Positions 1-7,179 of a stretch of 32,000 bases of DNA are shown one piece after another. Positions within the stretch are counted from its first letter, which is position 1. Every line of letters starts with the position of its first letter. This DNA comes from Phycisphaera mikurensis NBRC 102666 (GTDB taxonomy: Bacteria; Planctomycetota; Phycisphaerae; Phycisphaerales; Phycisphaeraceae): contig NC_017080.1 of the NCBI RefSeq assembly GCF_000284115.1, positions 1,440,001 to 1,472,000 of the forward strand. The letters are read 5' to 3'. The position numbers and the translations under genes are program-made. Below the pieces are notes generated by a model. It worked only from the letters and a program-made list of their open reading frames with translations, ran no database searches and was not told the origin of the DNA.

Positions 1-91
1 CTTTCCGACAGCCACCACGCTTCCCGGCCTCCTGGTCGGAGACTGTCCCGCGCGAAGACGGACCCGCGCAGAACCCCGGAACCCAGACTCC

Positions 92-1378
92 ATGCAACGC
101 CGCCCCTTCCTCCGCCTCGCCGCCGCCGCGGCCCTCGCCCTGCCGTTCACCGGTGCCTTCGCGCCCCACGCCTCCGCGGAGGACGGCCCGAAGGTCAAGA
201 TCGGCGTGCTCCACTCGCTCTCGGGAACGATGGCGATCTCGGAGACCTCCCTCCGCGACGTCGTGCTCATGGCCGCCGAGGAGATCAACGAGGCCGGCGG
301 CGTCGAGGTCGGCGGGGAGTCTCACATGATCGAGCCGGTCGTCGTCGACCCCGCGTCGGACTGGCCGCTCTTCGCGGAGAAGGCCAAGGAGCTGATCGAC
401 CAGGACGTCGCGGCGATCTTCGGCTGCTGGACCAGCGTGTCCCGCAAGTCGGTCCTCCCGGTGATCGAGGAGGAGAACGCGCTGCTGTTCTACCCCGTGC
501 AGTACGAGGGCGAGGAGCAGAGCCTCAACGTCTTCTACACGGCGGCCTCGCCCAACCAGCAGCTCGTCCCGGCGGCGCAGTACGCGATCGACGAGCTGGG
601 CAGCAAGAAGTTCTACCTGCTGGGCACCGACTACGTCTTCCCGCGGACGGCGAACAAGGTGCTCAAGGCGTTCCTGCTGAAGGAGGGCGTGCCCGAGGAG
701 AACATCATGGAGGAGTACACGCCCTTCCACCACCAGGACTACCAGACGATCGTCTCGAAGATCAAGCAGTTCGGGGCGTCCGGTGACGCGGTCGTTCTCT
801 CGACGATCAACGGCGACTCCAACGTGCCCTTCTACACCGAGTTCGCGAACCAGGGCCTCACCTCCAGCGACGTGCCGATCATCGCCTTCTCGGTCGCCGA
901 GGACGAGCTCCGCTCGATGGACACCTCCAAGCTGGTCGGCCACCTCGCGGCGTGGAACTACTTCCAGTCGCTGCCCGGCGAAGCCAACGAGGCCTTCGTG
1001 GAGGCTTTCAAGGCGTACTGCCAGGAGAACAACCTGCCCGGCGGCGACGCCCGGGTGACCGGCGACCCGATCGAGGCCGCCTACTACGGCGTGTACGTCT
1101 GGAAGATGGCGGCCGAGAAGGCGGACAGCTTCGACGTGGACAAGGTGCGCGAAGCGGTCTATGGCATGGAGTTCGAGGCCCCCGGCGGCACGAAGAAGAT
1201 GCACGAGAGCAACCAGCACACCTACAAGCCCGTCTACATCGGCGAGATCCGCGCCGACGGGCAGTTCGACATCGTCTGGGAGTCCGACGGCCTGGTCGAG
1301 CCCGACAGCTACTCCAGCCTGCTGCACAGCCCCGAAGAGCTCGCCGCCATCGAGCCCACCGGCGGCCCGAAGAAGTGA
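92..1378 (+). CDS. urtA: Urea ABC transporter substrate-binding protein UrtA
   Basis: 428-aa ORF with ATG at 92. The N-terminus MQRRPFLRLAAAAALALPF...ASA looks like an export signal with a twin-arginine motif. UrtA-type blocks are present: KIGVLHSLSGTMAISE, FGCWTSVSRKSVLPVIEE, LLFYPVQYEGEE, SPNQQ. It is followed by urtB/C/D/E homologues. Confidence 0.9.
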   Translation: MQRRPFLRLAAAAALALPFTGAFAPHASAEDGPKVKIGVLHSLSGTMAISETSLRDVVLMAAEEINEAGGVEVGGESHMIEPVVVDPASDWPLFAEKAKELIDQDVAAIFGCWTSVSRKSVLPVIEEENALLFYPVQYEGEEQSLNVFYTAASPNQQLVPAAQYAIDELGSKKFYLLGTDYVFPRTANKVLKAFLLKEGVPEENIMEEYTPFHHQDYQTIVSKIKQFGASGDAVVLSTINGDSNVPFYTEFANQGLTSSDVPIIAFSVAEDELRSMDTSKLVGHLAAWNYFQSLPGEANEAFVEAFKAYCQENNLPGGDARVTGDPIEAAYYGVYVWKMAAEKADSFDVDKVREAVYGMEFEAPGGTKKMHESNQHTYKPVYIGEIRADGQFDIVWESDGLVEPDSYSSLLHSPEELAAIEPTGGPKK

Positions 1379-1430
1379 GGCGCTACATGAGCCGCTCGCA
1401 CGGAAGCGCTCGGTGACCGCGCCTTTGAAC

Positions 1431-1568
1431 GAGCAGCGCTTCGCTTGAACACAGAGGGCACAGAGGCACAGAGGCACAGAGAGAGGCACAGGGCAAGGCG
1501 GAGAGAGTCCGCTCCCCCCTTGGGCCTCCGTGCCTCTTCTCCCTCCGTGTTTCAGAGAAGCGTTGCTC
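1431..1568. repeat. Intercistronic palindromic element, family A copy 1 (arms of tandem octamer CACAGAGG)
   Basis: Left end is GAGCAGCGCTTCGCTTGAACACAGAGGG followed by CACAGAGG units (1450-1489). The reverse complement of the right end reads GAGCAACGCTTCTCTGAAACACGGAGGG...AGAAGAGGCAC. It lies between the urtA stop and the urtBC start. Boundaries are approximate (+/- 5 nt). Confidence 0.75.
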
Positions 1569-1627
1569 GGGATCACACCGAGGTGCACACGCTTCTTGGG
1601 ATGATCTGAACTTCTGCCACCGGGTCC

Positions 1628-4600
1628 ATGCGCGACAGGGTCATGAGAGTTCACCTTCCGCTGCTCATGGCGACGCTCCTCGCCCTGCCGATCGGGGCGC
1701 AGGAGAATCCGCGGACCGTGGGGGTTTCGGGCGAAAAGGAGGCACGGTCCGCGGATCTGATCGTGGGGCCGGGCGTGGCCGAGGTGCCGGAGTCAGCGGC
1801 GGCGGTTCCCGAAGCGGAGGAAGAGCAAGCCGACGCGGTGGGGCGGGTGATCCTGGCGGCGGTGCCGGAGCTGGGGGAGCGGAAGACGGCCGAGGACGCG
1901 GTCGATCGGCTCATCGGTCTCAAGGACGTCCGCGTGAAGCGGCTGTTCGAGCGGCTGGTGGCCTCGGAGGTCTACGAGCGCGGCGACGAAGCCGGAATCG
2001 TGTGGGCACCGGTCATCGCCGACGCCGAGGACGGCTCCGGGATGCAAGCCAGCCTCTACCCGCTGCTCGCGGAGGGGGAGGCGGCGGCCTCGGAGGGGGA
2101 GACGGCGCTGCCGGCGGCACCGCCCTCCGCCGTGGTGCCCTTCGACGAGCTCAAACGCTTCCGCGTCTTCCGGCCGGCGCTCAACCGGATCCGCGATTCG
2201 CTGGCGCTCATCGGGCTCGAGCTCGACGACCCCGCCGAGCGGGAGCGGGCGGCGATCGACACCGGGAACAAGCGGCAGAGCGAGGCCGTCCCGCTGCTGG
2301 TCGAACTCGCGGAGGAGGACCCGGACGCCGGCGTCCGCCGGGCCGCGGCGGAGAGCCTCGCACTGATCCGGGCGTCCGGCGGCGACCCCGCCGCGACGCC
2401 CGGGCAGGTCGTCGCCGCCGTCGAGCAGATCGGGACGCTCAAGAGCATCCGCGGGCTGGACCTGCTCGACCGGCTGGCCGCCGACGAGGAAGCAACGCCG
2501 GCGGTGCGTTCCGCGGCCGCCGCCGCCGCGGCGCAGGTCCAGCGGCACATCACCGCCACCAACTGGATCAAGAACGCGTTCTTCGGGCTCTCGCTGGGCT
2601 CGATCCTCGTGCTGATGGCGCTGGGCCTGGCCATCACCTTCGGGCTGATGGGCGTCATCAACATGGCCCACGGCGAGATGCTGATGATCGGGGCGGTGGG
2701 CACCTGGGCCACGTTCACCTGCCTCTCCGGCGGGCAGCTGTTCTCCTGGCTCCCGGGGCTGGACACCGGCCTCTCGGCCGGCTGGCTCTACGCGGTCGCG
2801 CTGCCGGTGTCGTTCCTCGTCGCCGCCGCGGCGGGCTGGCTGGTGGAGGCGACGATCGTCCGCTTCCTCTACAAGCGGCCGCTGGACTCGCTGCTGGCGA
2901 CGATCGGCGTGAGCTTCGTGCTCATCCAGCTGGTGCGGAACTGGAAGGGCGACAACCTCCCGCTGGTGCGGCCGGCGTGGGCGGGCGGGTCGATCGAGCT
3001 GATGCAGGACGTGTCCTTCTCGACCGCCCGGCTGTTCATCATCGCCCTGTCGATCGCCTGCGTCGTCGCCGTCGCGGCGATCTTCCGGTTCACCAAGGCC
3101 GGCCTGCTGGTGCGGGCGACCTCGCAGAACCGGGACATGGCCCGGGCGCTCGGCGTGAACACCCGCCGGGTGGACGCGCTGACCTTTGCCTTCGGCTCGG
3201 GGCTCGCGGGCATCGCCGGCTACGGGCTGTACCTCATCGCGAGCGTCTCGCCGCAGATGGGCCAGGGCTACATCGTCGACAGCTTCCTGGTCGTCGTCGT
3301 CGGCGGCGTCGGCCAGCTCGCCGGCGTGGTGCTGAGCGGCTTCGGCATCGGCTTCGCCCAGAAGATGCTCGAGCCGCTGGAGCTGATCACCGAGCCCATC
3401 CGCCTCTTCGACGCGACGTGGGCGAACGTGGCGGTGCTCGCGGGCGTGGTGCTGTTCATCCAGCGGCGGCCCGGCGGGCTGTTCCCCGAGCGCGGCCGGC
3501 AGGCGAACCTGGCGACCGGCGACGAAGCGCCGTGGGCGTCGCGGCCGAGCGGGTGGACCGACGCGCTGATGATGTCGCTGCTGGTCGGCCTCGGCCTCGT
3601 GCTCGTGCCGATCCTCTACGGCAGCGGCACGCTGTCGATCGACGACGTGAACCGCTACGGCTACTTCGCCACCTACGCGATCTGCGCCGTCGGGCTCGAT
3701 CTCCTGTGGGGCTACGTCGGCGTGCTGAGCCTGTGCCAGTTCCTGTTCTTCGCCTTCGGGGCGTACGCGGCCGGCTTCTACCTCATCAACCACGGGCCGA
3801 AGATCAACGGCATCCCCGAGTGCCTGTACTACGTGATGAGCGGGACCGGCGACCTCACGGCCCCCGCGTACCTGTCGCTCTTTGAGAACGGCTTCGTCTC
3901 GCTGCTGCTCGCGCTGCTCATCCCCGGGGCGGTGGCGTTCGCGCTGGGCGTGGTGATGTTCCGCAGCCGGGTGAAGGGCGTGTACTTCGCCATCCTCACG
4001 CAGACCTTCACGGTGATCGCGCTCCGCGTGTTCCAGAAGAACGAGCTGGGGATGGGCGGCACCAACGGCATCCGCATCACCTTCACCGAGACGCTCTTCG
4101 GCCACCCGATCATGACCACCGAGGGGCTCGGCCCCTTCGAGCAGACCCGCTTCCGGCTGTACGCGATCTCGGTGGTCGCGCTGATCCTCTCGGTCGTCGT
4201 CGCGAAGCTGATCACCCGCTCCCGCTACGGCCGCGTGCTGCTGGCGATCCGCGACGACGAGACGCGGCTGCGCTTCGGCGGCTACCGGACGTGGTTGTTC
4301 AAGGCCGGCGTCTTCGCGGTCGCCGGCGTGATGGCCGGGCTCGGCGGGGCGCTGTACCTGCCGCAGAAGGGCATCATCACCCCCGGCGACATGGCTCCCT
4401 ACTGGTCCATCCTCGTCGTCGCCTGGGTCGCGGTCGGCGGCCGCGGCACGGTCTGGGGCGCCGTGATCGGCGCCATCGGCGTCTCGGCGATGTACGCGTG
4501 GATGACCTCGAACCACCCCGCCTACTGGATGTTCGCTTTGGGCGCCCTGTTCATCCTGACGCCGCTGCTCCTGCCCGGCGGGGTGATGAGCCTGCCGGCG

Positions 4601-4639
4601 ATGCTCGGTGGGCGGTTGCGGAAGGCGGGTGGGGCGTGA
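1628..4639 (+). CDS. urtBC: Fused urea ABC transporter permease UrtB-UrtC with N-terminal signal peptide and HEAT-like repeat domain
   Basis: Single uninterrupted 1003-aa frame. Residues 1-~310 carry a signal-like segment (MRVHLPLLMATLLALPIGAQ; the alternative ATG is at 1643) and a HEAT/PBS-lyase-like repeat (PLLVELAEEDPDAGVRRAAAESLALI). The middle part is UrtB/LivH-like (GLSLGSILVLMALGLAITFGLMGVINMAHGE ... VLFIQRRPGGLF). The last ~360 aa are UrtC/LivM-like (AICAVGLDLLWGYVGVLSLCQFLFFAFGAYAAGFYL). Confidence 0.85.
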   Translation: MRDRVMRVHLPLLMATLLALPIGAQENPRTVGVSGEKEARSADLIVGPGVAEVPESAAAVPEAEEEQADAVGRVILAAVPELGERKTAEDAVDRLIGLKDVRVKRLFERLVASEVYERGDEAGIVWAPVIADAEDGSGMQASLYPLLAEGEAAASEGETALPAAPPSAVVPFDELKRFRVFRPALNRIRDSLALIGLELDDPAERERAAIDTGNKRQSEAVPLLVELAEEDPDAGVRRAAAESLALIRASGGDPAATPGQVVAAVEQIGTLKSIRGLDLLDRLAADEEATPAVRSAAAAAAAQVQRHITATNWIKNAFFGLSLGSILVLMALGLAITFGLMGVINMAHGEMLMIGAVGTWATFTCLSGGQLFSWLPGLDTGLSAGWLYAVALPVSFLVAAAAGWLVEATIVRFLYKRPLDSLLATIGVSFVLIQLVRNWKGDNLPLVRPAWAGGSIELMQDVSFSTARLFIIALSIACVVAVAAIFRFTKAGLLVRATSQNRDMARALGVNTRRVDALTFAFGSGLAGIAGYGLYLIASVSPQMGQGYIVDSFLVVVVGGVGQLAGVVLSGFGIGFAQKMLEPLELITEPIRLFDATWANVAVLAGVVLFIQRRPGGLFPERGRQANLATGDEAPWASRPSGWTDALMMSLLVGLGLVLVPILYGSGTLSIDDVNRYGYFATYAICAVGLDLLWGYVGVLSLCQFLFFAFGAYAAGFYLINHGPKINGIPECLYYVMSGTGDLTAPAYLSLFENGFVSLLLALLIPGAVAFALGVVMFRSRVKGVYFAILTQTFTVIALRVFQKNELGMGGTNGIRITFTETLFGHPIMTTEGLGPFEQTRFRLYAISVVALILSVVVAKLITRSRYGRVLLAIRDDETRLRFGGYRTWLFKAGVFAVAGVMAGLGGALYLPQKGIITPGDMAPYWSILVVAWVAVGGRGTVWGAVIGAIGVSAMYAWMTSNHPAYWMFALGALFILTPLLLPGGVMSLPAMLGGRLRKAGGA

Positions 4640-4684
4640 GGGCCCGTTTCTCGACCTGCGGTGTCCGGGGACCGGAAGCATCGC

Positions 4685-4835
4685 GGGCACCGCTGCGCGG
4701 AACACGGAGGGCACGGAGGCACAGAGGCACGGAGAGAGGCACCGAGGTGGAGCGAGCGAGTTCCTGCTTGCCTCTGTGTCCTCCTCCGTGCCTCTGTGCC
4801 TCCTCTTCCTCTGTGATGGAGCGAAGCGACTGCCC
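4685..4835. repeat. Intercistronic palindromic element, family A copy 2
   Basis: Left end is GGGCACCGCTGCGCGGAACACGGAGGGCACGGAGGCACAGAGGCACGGAGAGAGGCAC. The reverse complement of the right end reads GGGCAGTCGCTTCGCTCCATCACAGAGGAAGAGGAGGCACAGAGGCACGGAGG. It lies between the urtBC stop (4639) and the urtD start (4857). The ORF-track extension 4608-4856 is read through this element. Confidence 0.8.
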
Positions 4836-4856
4836 GGGTGCGGGAGGCCACGAGTG

Positions 4857-5738
4857 ATGAACGACCCGAAGCAGTACGACTACAGGGTCGAGGGCCCGCG
4901 GCAGAGCCAGCTCTGGGCGAGCCGGTACCTGCTGTTCCTGCAGGACGTGACGGCGGTGTTCGACGGCTTCAAGGCGCTCGACATCGAGGACCTGGGCCTC
5001 GGGCACAACGAGCTGCGCGTGGTGGTGGGGCCCAACGGGGCGGGCAAGACGACGATGTGCGACGTGATCTCGGGGATGACCCGGCCGACCACCGGCAAGG
5101 TGTACTTCGGCGGCGAGGACGTAACCGGCCTCCAGGAGGCCGAGATCGCCCGCCGCGGCGTGGGTCGGAAGTTCCAGGTGCCCAACGTGTTCGACTCGCT
5201 GACCGTCCGCGAGAACATGCTGCTCGCGCTGCCCGAGGACGGCCCCCGGATCGGCGGCAAGGAGCACCGCCGGACCAGCGACCCGAGGACGCACGGCCGC
5301 GGGGGCCTGGCCTTGCACGCGGCCTGGAGGTCGCTGAAGCACGCGGGCGGACGCGAGACCTCCGCAACACGCGACCGCATCGACGCGCTGCTCTCCCGCG
5401 TCCGCCTGCTCGACGATGCCGACACCCCCGCTCGCGGCCTGAGCCACGGCCAGCGGCAGTGGCTCGCGATCTCCTCGCTGATCCTCAAGAAGCCGCGGCT
5501 GCTGCTGGTGGACGAGCCGGCGGCGGGACTCACCGACGCCGAGACCGCGCTGACCGCGGAGCTGCTGCTGGAACTCCGGAGCGACCACGCGATCGTCTGC
5601 ATCGAGCACGACATGGAGTTCGTCCGCCTCCTCGACGCCCGCGTCACCGTTCTCAACGAGGGCCGGGTCCTCGCGGAGGGCCCGCTCGCCGAGATCCAGG
5701 CCGACGCGGCGGTCATCGAGGCGTACCTGGGACGATGA
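4857..5738 (+). CDS. urtD: Urea ABC transporter ATP-binding protein UrtD
   Basis: ATG at 4857 (GTG at 4854 is also possible), preceded by GGGAGG at 4842-4847. Walker A is GPNGAGKTT, the signature-like motif is LSHGQRQWL, and Walker B is LLLVDEPAAGL. The UrtD-like end is AVIEAYLGR. It contains an extra ~28-aa basic segment (aa ~126-168). Confidence 0.85.
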   Translation: MNDPKQYDYRVEGPRQSQLWASRYLLFLQDVTAVFDGFKALDIEDLGLGHNELRVVVGPNGAGKTTMCDVISGMTRPTTGKVYFGGEDVTGLQEAEIARRGVGRKFQVPNVFDSLTVRENMLLALPEDGPRIGGKEHRRTSDPRTHGRGGLALHAAWRSLKHAGGRETSATRDRIDALLSRVRLLDDADTPARGLSHGQRQWLAISSLILKKPRLLLVDEPAAGLTDAETALTAELLLELRSDHAIVCIEHDMEFVRLLDARVTVLNEGRVLAEGPLAEIQADAAVIEAYLGR

Positions 5739-5784
5739 GCTTGTCTCGGATCCGTCCGGCCTTCGCGACCCGGAACGATGCACC

Positions 5785-6477
5785 ATGCTTGAAGCCACCG
5801 ACATCGACTTCTCCTACGGCGGCGTCCGGGCGCTCTCGGGGGTGAGCCTCGCGGCGCGGGCCGGCGAGATCCTCTGCGTGACCGGCCGCAACGGCGTGGG
5901 CAAGACCACGCTCATGCGCTGCGTGATGGGGCTGGAGAAGGCCGCCGGCGGGAGCGTCACGCTCGACGGCGTCGACGTGACGAAGCTGGCCGCCGAGAAG
6001 CGGGCGGCCGCGGGGGTCGCGCTGGTGCCGCAGGGCCGCATGATCTTCCCAAAGCTGACGGTCGAGGAGAACCTCCGCATCGGGCTGCAGGCCCGCCGCG
6101 ACGGCGTGAAGAAGATCCCGGCGGAGATCTACGACACGTTCCCGATCCTCCGCGACTTCCTGAAGCGCAAGGGCGGCGACCTCTCCGGCGGCCAGCAGCA
6201 GCAGCTGGCGATCGGCCGGGCGATGGCGGGCGGCCCGAAGGCGATGCTCCTCGACGAGCCGACCGAGGGGATCCAGCCCAACATCATCCAGGAGATCGGC
6301 CGCGTGCTCCAGCGGCTCGCCGCGGGCGGCATGGCGGTCGTGCTCGTCGAGCAGTACCTGGACTTCGTGAAGGAGATCGGCGACCGGGTCGCGGTGATGA
6401 ACCGCGGGTCGGTGGTCGCCTCGGGCGACATGAGCGTGCTCACGCCGGAGCTGGAGCGGGAGTACCTGGGGGTTTGA
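5785..6477 (+). CDS. urtE: Urea ABC transporter ATP-binding protein UrtE
   Basis: 230 aa. Motifs: GRNGVGKTTLMR (Walker A), LVPQGRMIFPKLTVEENL, GGDLSGGQQQQLAIGRA (signature), LLDEPTEGIQPNII (Walker B). This is the last gene of the urtABCDE order. Confidence 0.9.
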   Translation: MLEATDIDFSYGGVRALSGVSLAARAGEILCVTGRNGVGKTTLMRCVMGLEKAAGGSVTLDGVDVTKLAAEKRAAAGVALVPQGRMIFPKLTVEENLRIGLQARRDGVKKIPAEIYDTFPILRDFLKRKGGDLSGGQQQQLAIGRAMAGGPKAMLLDEPTEGIQPNIIQEIGRVLQRLAAGGMAVVLVEQYLDFVKEIGDRVAVMNRGSVVASGDMSVLTPELEREYLGV

Positions 6478-6503
6478 GATTCCGGTGGCGGTAGACTGAA
6501 ACC

Positions 6504-7090
6504 ATGTCGCACCCCGGCACCCTCGCCCCCCCGATGACGGTGGAGCACTTCGAGCGGCTCTCCGCCGCCAGCGACGAACGGATGGAACTCATCCGCGGAA
6601 AGGTGATTGCCGCGTCTCCAGCCGGAGTCCATCACGGACTCGTCACCCAACGCCTCGCTCGGATCATCTCCAACTTCGTCTACGAGAACGCTCTGGGCGA
6701 CGTTGCGGCCGCCGAAACCGGCTTCCGGCTGTCGCTGCCGGACGACGACCCCGCGGAGCCGACGGTCCGCGCCCCCGACATCGCCTTCCTGCGGAAGGCC
6801 GGGTCCGCGCGGCCCTGACGGCATCCTTCTGCCCGATCCCGCCGGACCTGGCCGTGGAGACGCTTTCGCCCGGTGACGGCGCGGCCGAAGTCGCGGAGAA
6901 GGTGGCGTGGTGGCTCGCCACCGGCACGCCGGAGGTGTGGTCGGTCGATCCCGCCAACCGCACGCTGACCCGGCACCTGCCCGACCGCACCAGCCGCACG
7001 TTCACGCGCGAGGAGGGCGTCGAAGCGGCGCCGGTGTTCCCGGGGCTCCGCGTGGAGCTGGCGGGGCTCTTCGCCTTCCCCGCCGGCTGA
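6504..7090 (+). pseudogene. Uma2-family (DUF820) putative endonuclease, split by a frameshift
   Basis: ORF 6504-6818 encodes the N-terminal half (MELIRGKVIAASPAGVHHGLV ... RAPDIAFL). ORF 6854-7090 plus its upstream stop-free in-frame sequence, in a different frame, encodes the C-terminal half (PPDLAVETLSPGDGAAEVAEKVAWWLATGTPEVWSVDP). Together they give the typical Uma2 layout. The frame change lies around 6790-6850. Confidence 0.6.
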
Positions 7091-7096
7091 TCCGCG

Positions 7097-7142
7097 CCGC
7101 GGACCGCGGGCGATCGGCGGCGACGCGGCCCGCGGTCCGCGG
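7097..7142. repeat. Inverted pair of the 13-mer CCGCGGACCGCGG / CCGCGGTCCGCGG (hairpin after the Uma2 stop)
   Basis: CCGCGGACCGCGGG at 7097-7110 and its complement CCCGCGGTCCGCGG at 7129-7142, separated by 18 nt. It starts 7 nt after the TGA at 7088-7090. Confidence 0.7.
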
Positions 7143-7179
7143 GCGCGACGCCGCGGTTCGGATCTGCCATGCTCCCGGC

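Noticed and set aside
1793-4714. 973-aa ORF on the minus strand opposite urtBC
   Set aside because: It is the antisense shadow of a real gene in GC-rich DNA. The product is low-complexity (R/G/D/E/P/H-rich) with no motifs, whereas the plus-strand frame carries clear UrtB/UrtC blocks.
4608-4856. Upstream extension of the urtD ORF (MGGCGRRVGREG...)
   Set aside because: It overlaps the urtBC stop and is translated from repeat element A2. A GGGAGG ribosome-binding site precedes the ATG at 4857, where UrtD homology begins.
6907-7179. Longer ureD start at 6907
   Set aside because: It would overlap the C-terminal half of the Uma2 gene and the hairpin repeat. UreD similarity begins after about 7200.
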